In this document: positions 46,550-55,761 of the stretch, in pieces
How the letters are laid out: each line of letters begins with the position of its first letter
Numbering within the stretch: the first letter of the stretch is position 1
Assembly (NCBI GenBank): GCA_038108155.1
Contig: JAYNHP010000002.1
Span: forward strand, 1,067 to 65,066
Length of the DNA stretch: 64,000 nucleotides
From: Flavobacteriales bacterium
Lineage (GTDB): Bacteria > Bacteroidota > Bacteroidia > Flavobacteriales_D > Parvicellaceae
Reading direction: 5' to 3'
Notes under the pieces: model-generated
What the model saw: only the letters and a program-made list of their open reading frames with translations
Database searches by the model: none
What the model was told of the DNA's origin: nothing
Program-made: the position numbers and the translations under genes

Positions 46550-47980
46550 ATGCTATATGTTTTTAATATAAATTTTTTGAAGAATTATTTTCCAATCTTT
46601 TTTCTTAGATTCTCTGCTGTAATCTTACTTTCTCTAAATATTCCCTTATTGAATGCACAAAATCCTTCTCTAGAAAATAATTCCTATGATTCTCTTTTTG
46701 TAAAATGGAACAATACTTTGGATGAAAACAAACATGCTCTTGCATTAAGCTGTCCAAAAATTGATACAGTTAGAATTGCTGTAATAGGACTGGGAAACCG
46801 TGGACAATCTGCATTAGCTAGACTCCCAAATATTCCAGGAGTTAAAATAGTTGCTATAGCCGATATTGACTCAAGTAAAGTAAATAATTCACACGAAAAA
46901 TATTTTAAAAATTACCAACATAAAAAACCAGTAAAGTATTATGATAAAGAGGATTGGAAGATTATTTGTAAAAGAAATGATGTCGATTTAATTTATGTCT
47001 GTACCCATTGGGAATTGCATACTCCAATAGCAATTTATGCAATGAAAAATGACAAACACGTAGCAGTAGAAGTTCCAGCAGCGATGACAGTAAAAGATTG
47101 TTGGAAGTTGGTCAAAACAGCAGAGAAGACAAGAAAACACTGTATTCAATTAGAAAATTGTATGTATGATTTTTTTGAAATTACAGTATTAAATATGTCT
47201 CAAAACAATTTATTTGGTGATTTAGTCCATACAGAGGGTGCTTATATTCACGATTTACGAGCTTTAAATTTTAGCAATACCTATTACTGGAATCATTGGA
47301 GATTGAAGAATTTACAAAAAACAAATGGTAATACTTATCCAACCCATGGTTTGGGACCATTAGCACATTTACTAGATATTCATAGAGGAGATAAAATGAC
47401 TTATTTAGTGTCTATGTCTAGTAATCAATATGGGTTAACTAAATATTCTGAAGAAAATTTTGCTCCTGAAAATAAATGGAATAAAAATAGTTTTGAAAAG
47501 GGAGATATGAACACAACATTAATTAAAACAAACAACGGAAAGACTATAATGTTGCAACACGACGTGACCAGTCCTAGACCTTATTCAAGACTATTTACTA
47601 TAAGTGGAACTAATGGCTTTGTTCAAAAATATCCAGTTAAATCTATGGCCTTTGAGCCCAAAGCTCATCGATCAATTAGTGTGGAGGACATCAACGATAC
47701 ACTTTCTAAATATGAACCTGCTGTAATCAAACAAATTAAAGATAAAGCAAAGGAAATAGGAGGCCACGGGGGAATGGATTACATAATGGATTATAGATTA
47801 ATTTACTGCCTAAGAAATGGACTCCCACTAGATCAAGATGTCTACGATGCAGCTGAATGGTCTTCGATTGTTGAGTTATCTAAAAAGTCAGTAAATAAGG
47901 GAAGTAAGCCAATAAAAATTCCAGATTTTACCAAAGGAAATTGGAAGTTATTGGATAAAGTAAATTATTTTTTGAAGTAG
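46550..47980 (+). CDS. Gfo/Idh/MocA-family NAD-dependent oxidoreductase, GH109-like, exported
   Basis: Signal peptide, Rossmann motif RIAVIGLGNRGQ, ENCMYDFFE and HGGMDYIMDYRLIYCLRNGLPLDQDVYDAAEWS, resembling GH109 alpha-N-acetylgalactosaminidase relatives. Confidence 0.7.
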   Translation: MLYVFNINFLKNYFPIFFLRFSAVILLSLNIPLLNAQNPSLENNSYDSLFVKWNNTLDENKHALALSCPKIDTVRIAVIGLGNRGQSALARLPNIPGVKIVAIADIDSSKVNNSHEKYFKNYQHKKPVKYYDKEDWKIICKRNDVDLIYVCTHWELHTPIAIYAMKNDKHVAVEVPAAMTVKDCWKLVKTAEKTRKHCIQLENCMYDFFEITVLNMSQNNLFGDLVHTEGAYIHDLRALNFSNTYYWNHWRLKNLQKTNGNTYPTHGLGPLAHLLDIHRGDKMTYLVSMSSNQYGLTKYSEENFAPENKWNKNSFEKGDMNTTLIKTNNGKTIMLQHDVTSPRPYSRLFTISGTNGFVQKYPVKSMAFEPKAHRSISVEDINDTLSKYEPAVIKQIKDKAKEIGGHGGMDYIMDYRLIYCLRNGLPLDQDVYDAAEWSSIVELSKKSVNKGSKPIKIPDFTKGNWKLLDKVNYFLK

Positions 47981-47984
47981 CAAA

Positions 47985-48545
47985 TTAAGCTTTAGTAACC
48001 TTAACATTTAATGATAGTATAGATAAATTATCGTCAATAGAAAAAGTTTTATAGTCAATTTTATTTTTTGACTTCATTGCCATAATTATAATACCCAGAC
48101 CTGCTCCTCCTTTTTCGGATATTTGTCCATTAGTCAAAGTTTCTAAATAAAGTGTTTTTAGTTCTGGTCTTTCAAGAGTATTTAAATGATCAATGTTTTT
48201 AGATATCTTTTCAATATAATTGTTATCAATTAAATTGGAGAAATTACAAATAAAAGAATCTTCCATGTCATACATGTGAAAAAAAGAAATCTGATTGTTT
48301 TGTGGGCTAAATTCGCCATGATTTTTGATATTTTGAAGTCCCTCTATTAAAATATTAAAAATATTTTTAATATTTTTTTTTGCAGCGCTAATTTCAAAAA
48401 GTTTGGACTCTGCTTTTTCACTGAGATTGGTGATGGTATCTGGTTTCATTTCTCCCAAATATGTAAGAAGAAGTTTTCCAGAAGCATCTTGAATTGCTTT
48501 TATGGAATTATTATATACATTATCTATAGATCCGTCAAAATCCAC
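47985..48545 (-). CDS. small GHKL-ATPase-like protein, SiaB-family kinase-like
   Basis: 186 aa. The pattern LLTYLGEM...NIFNILIEGLQNIKNHG...GGAGLGIIIMAMKS (N-box-like and G2-box-like) recalls SiaB-type or anti-sigma-type kinases. Confidence 0.5.
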   Translation of the reverse strand: MDFDGSIDNVYNNSIKAIQDASGKLLLTYLGEMKPDTITNLSEKAESKLFEISAAKKNIKNIFNILIEGLQNIKNHGEFSPQNNQISFFHMYDMEDSFICNFSNLIDNNYIEKISKNIDHLNTLERPELKTLYLETLTNGQISEKGGAGLGIIIMAMKSKNKIDYKTFSIDDNLSILSLNVKVTKA

Positions 48546-48619
48546 TATTAATCTATTTTAATTAAATATATATAATGTTTGTTAATGTTGCTATCTTTTT
48601 AATGATGAACTGCTAAAAT

Positions 48620-49498
48620 TTAATGATAAAGAGCAATGATTTCTTTAATATCACTTTTTAAAAGAACATTATCAGATTTTTTATAGCTAAAATTAAGATT
48701 GGTTAAAATTCTTTTGGTAATATGGCTGTATGGACAAGGTATATAGTAATATTCATTATTAATAACATTAATTTCTTGAATAAAGTCTTGAACATCATCG
48801 TGTTTTAAAACAACACCTTGGCTGAAGGGGTTTATATAAAACTTAACATCTTTTTTTGAGAATTTATAATTGTTTGGATATTGATGGTTTTCTTTAGAAT
48901 TTAAATAACCTACTATAAAATGATTGGGTAAATTTATTCCCATTATCGGTAGATTTAATAGTCTTGCAAGTTCTATATACAAAATAGAATTAGTTAAGGG
49001 ATTTCCTTTTTTGGTTTGTAATAACTTTCCAAAAGAAGAATTTTCTGGTGAATGGTAATTTTTTTTGTCCCCTCTAAAATTGTAATTATCATACAAAATA
49101 TCATTTATAACACTTACTTTTTCAATTGGACTCATGCTGTCAGATAAATGTTTGGAAATATCTGATGCTATCATACTTAATTCGTTTTGAATGTAAGATT
49201 TGGTAATATTTGGAAAAAAGTATTGATCAATTTGATTGACTCCATCAATTAAGTTTACTGGATGATGTATCCAATCTTTGTGTTCCTTTAAAATTTTTGA
49301 AAGGCTTATTTCATGGGTTATTCCACTTATTCTAGATTTAAATACAGGGCCGTACTTATTTTCAAAATTTGCTTTTTCTAGGTAAGGTATACAATCTGGA
49401 CCAAGTTCTAATAATTGACTTTTAATCTGGTTAAATATCATTTCATCAGGATCGTCAAGCAAGCTAACCAATGCATCTATTTCATTTCTACTTTTCAT
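48620..49498 (-). CDS. transglutaminase-like superfamily protein (SirB1/UPF0162-like)
   Basis: NFRGDKKNYHSPENSSFGKLLQTKKGNPLTNSILYIELARLLNLPIMGINLPNHFIV matches the Transglut_core2-type pattern. Confidence 0.55.
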   Translation of the reverse strand: MKSRNEIDALVSLLDDPDEMIFNQIKSQLLELGPDCIPYLEKANFENKYGPVFKSRISGITHEISLSKILKEHKDWIHHPVNLIDGVNQIDQYFFPNITKSYIQNELSMIASDISKHLSDSMSPIEKVSVINDILYDNYNFRGDKKNYHSPENSSFGKLLQTKKGNPLTNSILYIELARLLNLPIMGINLPNHFIVGYLNSKENHQYPNNYKFSKKDVKFYINPFSQGVVLKHDDVQDFIQEINVINNEYYYIPCPYSHITKRILTNLNFSYKKSDNVLLKSDIKEIIALYH

Positions 49499-49560
49499 AC
49501 AAAGAATTAAAACTATCTAGTTGTACGCTATTTTTCTATAAAAGTTGTCAGAACTTAGAT

Positions 49561-50451
49561 TTAAATTCTTTTCAGTACTTTTTCTACCAAGTTTGCAACT
49601 GTTTTCTTGTAGTCCTCCGAAAACGTATTGGTAAATCTATTTCCTATCACTGCACAAACTGTGCATGAATGATGTCCGAGTAAAGCACTCAATCCATACA
49701 AAGCAGATGTTTCCATTTCAAAGTTTAAAATTTTATGATTTTTATGTTCAAACCTTTTAAGAAATTCATTCATATCTGGAACCCTAGTATCCAATCTTAA
49801 ACTTCTGCCTTGAGGTCCATAAAATCCATTTGCAGTTGCAGTAATTCCTTTATACATTCCCTTCCCAATTTTATTTGCTAGTAATTCACTTCCCTTTACA
49901 AAGTAGGGTTTATTAGCATCATTTGGCCAAGGAGTCTGTTGTAAAAATGCCTTTTGAAGTGCTTTTTCTTCAGGTTCATACACTGGTTTGTAAAAGGAAA
50001 GTAATCCATCAAAACCCAGTCCAAAAGTAGATAAAACAAAAGTATCTACTGGAATTTCGTTTTGTAAAGCACCACATGTTCCTATTCTTATTATTTCTAA
50101 GGAAGTATGTTTTCTTTTTATATTTTTTTTATAAAAATCTATATTAACTAGAGCGTCCAGTTCATTAATTACAATATCTATATTGTCACAACCAATGCCT
50201 GTAGAAATTACAGAGATTCGCTTATTATTAATTAGTCCAGTATGAGTTACAAATTCTCTTTTAGATCTCTTAAATTCTATTCTATCAAAATATTTTGAAA
50301 TAGTTGGTACTCTTTCTTGGTCACCCACTAAAATAATTGTATGACCAATTTCATCGGGTTTCAAGTCTAAATGATAAATTCTTCCTTCCTCAGTGATTAT
50401 AAGCTCAGTTGGGGGAATAGCTTTATAGTTTGTATTAGCTTCTTGAAGCAT
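49561..50451 (-). CDS. nucleoside phosphorylase, NP-I (DeoD/Udp-like) family
   Basis: Motifs RIGTCGAL and FEMETSALYGLS. 296 aa. Confidence 0.75.
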   Translation of the reverse strand: MLQEANTNYKAIPPTELIITEEGRIYHLDLKPDEIGHTIILVGDQERVPTISKYFDRIEFKRSKREFVTHTGLINNKRISVISTGIGCDNIDIVINELDALVNIDFYKKNIKRKHTSLEIIRIGTCGALQNEIPVDTFVLSTFGLGFDGLLSFYKPVYEPEEKALQKAFLQQTPWPNDANKPYFVKGSELLANKIGKGMYKGITATANGFYGPQGRSLRLDTRVPDMNEFLKRFEHKNHKILNFEMETSALYGLSALLGHHSCTVCAVIGNRFTNTFSEDYKKTVANLVEKVLKRI

Positions 50452-50477
50452 TAACTAAATTTAGAAAAAATAACTTC

Positions 50478-51242
50478 TCAAGGGTCTAAACTGCTGAAAA
50501 CTTTTTTCAAAATATCTGTGGTTCTTTTCAATGGATTTTTTCTTATTTCCTTTTCTTGAATTGCTACCAATTTAAATAGCCCAAGAATTGCTCTCTCAGT
50601 AACATATTTATTTAAATCTGTTTCAATAGATTCTTTTCCTGATATTCTAGTGGATTGATTGTATTTTTTTACAAGAGGTTCCCAATAAGCAGTTAGTTTT
50701 ACTTTTTCAATTGCCATTTTTACCTCAGGTAAAAATAACTTATATAGTTGGGTGTTGGTTTGTTCTTTTAAATAATTGGTTGCTGCATTATCACTTCCTT
50801 TTAGTATTTTAAAACCATCACTTACTGACATATTTTTAATTGCATTTATAAAAATTGGCGCAGCTGTTTTACAAGCTTCTTCTGCTGCTTCATTAAGAGT
50901 TCTTTCAAATTTTTCCACTTTTGTATCTAAACCCCACTGCATAGCTTTATCTCTTACAGCTTTTGCTTCTGGCGGAAATGGTATTCTTATTAAATCGTTT
51001 TTTAGAAATCCACCAATTGAAGAAGCTTGCTCGGAACCTTTGTTTACACCAACATTTAATGCTTCTTTAAGACCTTTTATAACTTGATCATTACTTAAAG
51101 TATTAGATACTTCTTTGTCTTGAGTCTGGATTTGAGATTTTACCTTATTGGATATCTTATTGATATTTATCTGTCCAATACAATGGCTAAACATGAAAAT
51201 TGCACATGTTATTACCAAGGAAGATTTAATATTACTTTTCAT
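50478..51242 (-). CDS. DUF4197 family exported protein
   Basis: Signal peptide followed by LSNDQVIKGLKEALNVG...LNEAAEEA...NAATNYL...DLNKYVTERAILGLF...EKEIRKNP..RTTDILKKVF, the characteristic DUF4197 pattern. Confidence 0.7.
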   Translation of the reverse strand: MKSNIKSSLVITCAIFMFSHCIGQININKISNKVKSQIQTQDKEVSNTLSNDQVIKGLKEALNVGVNKGSEQASSIGGFLKNDLIRIPFPPEAKAVRDKAMQWGLDTKVEKFERTLNEAAEEACKTAAPIFINAIKNMSVSDGFKILKGSDNAATNYLKEQTNTQLYKLFLPEVKMAIEKVKLTAYWEPLVKKYNQSTRISGKESIETDLNKYVTERAILGLFKLVAIQEKEIRKNPLKRTTDILKKVFSSLDP

Positions 51243-51321
51243 AAATTATTATTTAATGTTAAATATCAAAAATTTTGCCAAACTAATTCTTATTATGAAA
51301 ACTTAATTTTAATTTAACAGA

Positions 51322-52569
51322 ATGAAGTGCGAATTAATTTCTATAGGAGATGAATTGTTAATTGGACAAACAATTAATACCAATGCTTCTTGGCTTGGAA
51401 AGCAACTAAATAATCTTGGTTTTACTATTGCGCATGGCTTGGTTATTTCTGATCAAAAAATAGATATTATTAATGCTCTTAATCAAGCGGAAAAAAGATC
51501 TGATATTGTTATAATTACTGGTGGTCTTGGACCTACAAATGATGATATTACCAAATATACTTTAACAGAGTATTTTAATACCACTTTAGAACTTGATAAA
51601 GAAATTGAACAAAATATAATTGATTATTTTACTAATAGAAATCTTCCAATTTTACAGACCAATAAAGACCAAGCTCTTTTACCAAAAGCTTGCCAAGTTT
51701 TACCCAACAGTAGAGGATCTGCTAGTGGAATGTGGTTTGAAAAAAACGGAGTAATTTTTATTTCTTTGCCTGGAGTTCCTTACGAAATGAAAGGAATTAT
51801 GAAAGAACATGTTTTTACTAAGCTATTGGCTCTTAAAGGAGAAGGTAATGTAGTAATTAATAGAACTGTAAGAACCCATGGAATGGGAGAATCTTTTTTA
51901 GCTGAGGTAATAAAATCTTGGGAAAATAATTTGATAAAAGACGATTTAAAACTTGCTTATTTACCATCTCCAGGAATTGTTAAATTGAGAATTTCAATTG
52001 TAGGAAAAGATAAATCTTCCTCTGAAAAAAAGTTAAATTATTACGTCTCAGAACTTATTAAGCTTATTCCAGATCAAATATATGGTTATGGAAATGATTC
52101 TATGGAAGGCATTGTTGGAGAATTACTAAAAGAAAATAACAAAACCCTTTCTACAGCTGAGAGTTGTACAGGTGGTAATGTTTCTAAAATGCTTACAAGT
52201 ATCAGCGGAAGCTCTTCATTTTTTAATGGAAGTATTATTTCTTATTCCAATCAATCAAAATCAGATTTATTGGATGTAAATGAAAAAAACATTGAAAAGT
52301 ATGGTGCAGTAAGCAAGCAAGTGGTGGAGCAAATGGCAGTAAACGTTAGGTTAAAGTTTAAGTCTGACTTTGGAATTTCAACATCTGGAATTGCAGGGCC
52401 AAGTGGGGGGACTAACGAAAAGCCAGTTGGAACTGTGTGGATAGCTGTAGCTAATAAAGATAAAGTGATTTCTAAAAAATTAAATTTAGGTTACAATAGA
52501 GAAAGAAACATTCATGTGTCATCACTTTCTGTTTTGAACTTGTTAAGATTAGAACTGTTAAAAAACTAA
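51322..52569 (+). CDS. cinA: CinA family protein (MoCF-like domain plus nicotinamide-mononucleotide amidohydrolase PncC domain)
   Basis: N-terminal LISIGDELLIGQTINTNASWL and GGLGPTNDD; C-terminal TAESCTGG...ISTSGIAGPSGG. Confidence 0.9.
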   Translation: MKCELISIGDELLIGQTINTNASWLGKQLNNLGFTIAHGLVISDQKIDIINALNQAEKRSDIVIITGGLGPTNDDITKYTLTEYFNTTLELDKEIEQNIIDYFTNRNLPILQTNKDQALLPKACQVLPNSRGSASGMWFEKNGVIFISLPGVPYEMKGIMKEHVFTKLLALKGEGNVVINRTVRTHGMGESFLAEVIKSWENNLIKDDLKLAYLPSPGIVKLRISIVGKDKSSSEKKLNYYVSELIKLIPDQIYGYGNDSMEGIVGELLKENNKTLSTAESCTGGNVSKMLTSISGSSSFFNGSIISYSNQSKSDLLDVNEKNIEKYGAVSKQVVEQMAVNVRLKFKSDFGISTSGIAGPSGGTNEKPVGTVWIAVANKDKVISKKLNLGYNRERNIHVSSLSVLNLLRLELLKN

Positions 52570-53747
52570 AACTTTCTTAACCAAGAAATCATTGGAACTG
52601 GTGCAGAATTCAATCCGTTTATTTCATCATAATTAATGAATCCAGCTAAGGCAACTTGGAATGCTTTTTCATACGATTGATTAAACCTCATAGCTGGCAT
52701 TAATATAAAAGTAATATTTCGAGTAGTTTCTTTACTCAAAAAACCTTGTCCGTATGTTGCGATAAATGGAGTAGGCATGCCATTAGAATATCGGTTATAA
52801 ATAATTGTTTTTTCTTTAGTTTCATAATCAACCTTTTGTTTTTCTGCAATAAAAATCATAGAATCAAATATAAAACTTGCTTTTTTCCCAATAGGAGCAA
52901 TTCCAGAAATACCAATTACAGTTGCTAATTGTTGGTTTCTATAAAGATATCTGTCGTTAAAATTAGAAGTCCAGTTATAAAGCCCTAACGAATCTTCAAA
53001 AGCCATTTGAGCATTATAATCATCTTCAGGGATGAAATATGGATGATTTTGGTCATAAAAACTATAGGAATATTTGTCACCAATTTCTCTAGCACCGCTC
53101 ATAAAATCTGTGTTATTGGTTGGCCAATTAATATGAGCCAAACCAGCAGAAAAACTAATGTTAGAGGTTCTGTCACCAATTGTAATTGTCCCCCAATGCA
53201 AACCACCATAGGTCTGGCCTTGGTTGATATATCCGGAAGAACCCAATATACTTCCAATGGAAATGTGGAATTTATTTTTACTATAGATTTGTTGCTTCAA
53301 AACCAACCCTATCGGACTTGCTATCCAACTTGCCATTACACCCAATGAAGTTTTATTTCCTACACTAAAATGAACTTCTGGTCCATAAATATGAACTAGA
53401 GCATAGTTTTCATTTTTTTTAATTGGAAGAGCGTTGTTGGTAAAATAATATCTTGTAGTAAATGGTCCAGATGCTCTAAACTCTCCATTTTTATTACTTT
53501 TTACATTCTCATCTACTTTAGAAATAGAAGAAATTTCGGACTTATTTATATAAATTTTTCCAATAGTTTTTGTGATTAAAAGAATTTCTCTACCATCATC
53601 AGAAACTATTTCTCCAATATATTCACCCCCACTATTTTTTATTATAAGAACTAAGTTTTCTTTTTTTTCTTCAGACTCATTGGGAGTTTGTGCAGAAATC
53701 TGAAATGTTAAAAAAAGTAATATAATTAATGTGGTTAAATTTTTCAT
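52566..53747 (-). CDS. hypothetical exported protein, possible outer-membrane beta-barrel
   Basis: Signal peptide (LIILLFLTFQISAQ), Gly/Ser/aromatic-rich alternating segments and a terminal ...WLRKF. No family recognised. Confidence 0.5.
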   Translation of the reverse strand: MKNLTTLIILLFLTFQISAQTPNESEEKKENLVLIIKNSGGEYIGEIVSDDGREILLITKTIGKIYINKSEISSISKVDENVKSNKNGEFRASGPFTTRYYFTNNALPIKKNENYALVHIYGPEVHFSVGNKTSLGVMASWIASPIGLVLKQQIYSKNKFHISIGSILGSSGYINQGQTYGGLHWGTITIGDRTSNISFSAGLAHINWPTNNTDFMSGAREIGDKYSYSFYDQNHPYFIPEDDYNAQMAFEDSLGLYNWTSNFNDRYLYRNQQLATVIGISGIAPIGKKASFIFDSMIFIAEKQKVDYETKEKTIIYNRYSNGMPTPFIATYGQGFLSKETTRNITFILMPAMRFNQSYEKAFQVALAGFINYDEINGLNSAPVPMISWLRKF

Positions 53748-53823
53748 ATGGTGTAAATATACGCAATATACTAGGAAGGAGTGGTGTTGGAACTTAAAAA
53801 CACCATCTTTAAGGTATTCAATA

Positions 53824-54393
53824 TCATTTATTTAATGACCATTTTTCAATTTCATTTATGGCATCTAATTTGTCTCCCCAACCAATAAATTTCATCTTAT
53901 TAGGCCCTTTGTAATTACAAAACCAAGTTTTAATAATTGTTTTGACTGAATTTGGTAAAGAGTCTTTTGAAAAGTTGACTTTGCTATTATTTAAAGTGGC
54001 AATAACTTTATGATCTTGCTGCCCGCTATCTAATAATTTAAGAATCGCTACTGGGTTTATTTCTATTTTTTTTCCTTGTTGAACTGATTCAGAAATTATT
54101 AAAACATCTAACGCATCTCCGTCTCCCCCAATTTCAGGATCCATATAGGTATTGGATATAAATCCATAATTTCCAGGATATGGAATATAATTTATGGTGC
54201 GTTCTACTCCGTTTATAATCTCAATTTCAAAAGACTTTGTCTTGTAATTATATTCAAACTTTTTATTAGTACCAGCTGGTATCTCTACTATTGCAGTATA
54301 ATTATCAGAAAAGTTTATTAATTCTTTTTTTTCAGTTGAGCAGCTAGAAACCATCCAACATATTAAACAAATTGAAATAATTTTTTTTACCAA
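53824..54393 (-). CDS. ppa: family I inorganic pyrophosphatase with lipoprotein signal peptide
   Basis: Active-site pattern EIPAGTNKKFEY, YPGNYGFI, GDGDALDVLII and DHKVIA, preceded by MVKKIISICLICWMVSSC (lipobox VSSC). Confidence 0.85.
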   Translation of the reverse strand: MVKKIISICLICWMVSSCSTEKKELINFSDNYTAIVEIPAGTNKKFEYNYKTKSFEIEIINGVERTINYIPYPGNYGFISNTYMDPEIGGDGDALDVLIISESVQQGKKIEINPVAILKLLDSGQQDHKVIATLNNSKVNFSKDSLPNSVKTIIKTWFCNYKGPNKMKFIGWGDKLDAINEIEKWSLNK

Positions 54394-54394
54394 T

Positions 54395-54997
54395 TTAATC
54401 TCGGTTATAATAAATGGTAACTGCTGCAGTATCTCTTAAAAAGTCTATTTTTTCTACTTTTACTTCGTGAATTGGCAATCCAGTTCTCTCTTTTAAGTCT
54501 TTAATAAGCTCTTGTTTATTCTCAGGTTTTATAAGTTCTATTTTCTCATATACAATGTTTTTCTTTTCCTCAATAGTTTGAAACCACAATCTATCTATTA
54601 AATAAGTTATTAGAGTAATTAAACCATTGGTGAACAACACTTCGAAAATACTCACAGATTTATTTGAAAGGGCATTGATCATAGAAATTCCAATAACAAT
54701 GAACAAATAAGTCATTTGCCTTATAGGAATGGCTTCTGTACGGTACCTAAGAATACCGAAAACTGCAAATAATCCCAAAGCAAACCCCATTTCCATAGGA
54801 ACTTTCCTTAGAAGAAAACAAATAAAAAAAGTAAGTATATTGAACATTATGTAAGTAAATACATAATCTTTATCATCTTTTACTCTATAATAAATGAGTC
54901 TTACAATTATGATTAGAAAAATGAAGTTTATTCCAAACTTGAATAACAACTTTGAAAAGTCTTCTAAATCAAATAAATCAATTCCATACAATTCCAT
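54395..54997 (-). CDS. DUF4956-like polytopic membrane protein
   Basis: 200 aa with about 5 hydrophobic helices and a ~60-aa soluble C-terminus. It overlaps the VTC gene by 20 nt, which is the usual partner arrangement. Confidence 0.6.
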   Translation of the reverse strand: MELYGIDLFDLEDFSKLLFKFGINFIFLIIIVRLIYYRVKDDKDYVFTYIMFNILTFFICFLLRKVPMEMGFALGLFAVFGILRYRTEAIPIRQMTYLFIVIGISMINALSNKSVSIFEVLFTNGLITLITYLIDRLWFQTIEEKKNIVYEKIELIKPENKQELIKDLKERTGLPIHEVKVEKIDFLRDTAAVTIYYNRD

Positions 54998-55745
54998 TCT
55001 TACTTATTTTATTAATGAATAATAGTTTTCTTTTAAAATTATTGTATTTCAATTTTGGATTTAAAATACAAGAACCAATAGTGTATTTGCTGAACCTAGT
55101 CGGTCTAATTCTTTTAAGCTTTAATATTGAGAGTATCTCAGACTTTCTATTTCCTTTTTCCCTCTTTACTTCAATTATAGATATATTTTCTAATTCTTTA
55201 TTTGAATTATTAGAACTAAACTTCAAATTTAAATCTATTGTGACCCGTTCTTTTGTTTGAAAGTTAACCAAGGTAATTCTATCAAAATTATTTTTAATTG
55301 TTATTTCAAAATCCTTTAACGAGTAAGGTGTTTGTTCCTCCAAAAATTTTATATTTTTTTTGTTTAAATCCTTCTCTTCAAAAGGAACACCAATTCTAGT
55401 TTTTTTAGTGACCCCTTTATTGGATTTAAATTTAACTTCTAAAAAAGTTTTCTTAGATTCTACGTAATCTCTAAATCTAATCTTATACCTGTTTAGCTTT
55501 CCATTTTGATGATTTTTAAAAAGTGTTTTATTCTCGTTGTCAAAATATTCTGTTTGATAATTAAAAAGTCTCTTTCCATCTATTTCAAGGCAGTAATATT
55601 TATCGCTAATTTTTGATAAAACTTCTAAAGTATCTTTAAGAGAAACTGTAAATTTTTCATCTACTCTTTCCATCAATGCAACTTCATCCATAGCTGCTAA
55701 ACTAATAGGTTGATAATTATCTAATATGGATTGAATTTCAGACAT
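54978..55745 (-). CDS. VTC-domain (polyphosphate-polymerase-like, triphosphate-tunnel) protein
   Basis: 255 aa. The motifs L..R.DEKF, YQTEYFD, NRYKIRFRDY and FLEVKFK, with alternating basic residues on beta strands, are typical of the VTC/CYTH tunnel fold. Confidence 0.7.
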   Translation of the reverse strand: MSEIQSILDNYQPISLAAMDEVALMERVDEKFTVSLKDTLEVLSKISDKYYCLEIDGKRLFNYQTEYFDNENKTLFKNHQNGKLNRYKIRFRDYVESKKTFLEVKFKSNKGVTKKTRIGVPFEEKDLNKKNIKFLEEQTPYSLKDFEITIKNNFDRITLVNFQTKERVTIDLNLKFSSNNSNKELENISIIEVKREKGNRKSEILSILKLKRIRPTRFSKYTIGSCILNPKLKYNNFKRKLLFINKISKNGIVWN

Positions 55746-55761
55746 TTAAAATTTTAATCTT

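Noticed and set aside
53782-53805. A 7-bp hairpin (TGGTGTT-N10-AACACCA) downstream of ppa, considered as a terminator, and the nearby GGAAGGAG, considered as a Shine-Dalgarno sequence.
   Set aside because: No T-tract follows the stem on the transcribed (minus) strand. The purine-rich motif is on the non-coding strand relative to both neighbours, and Bacteroidota rarely use Shine-Dalgarno sequences.
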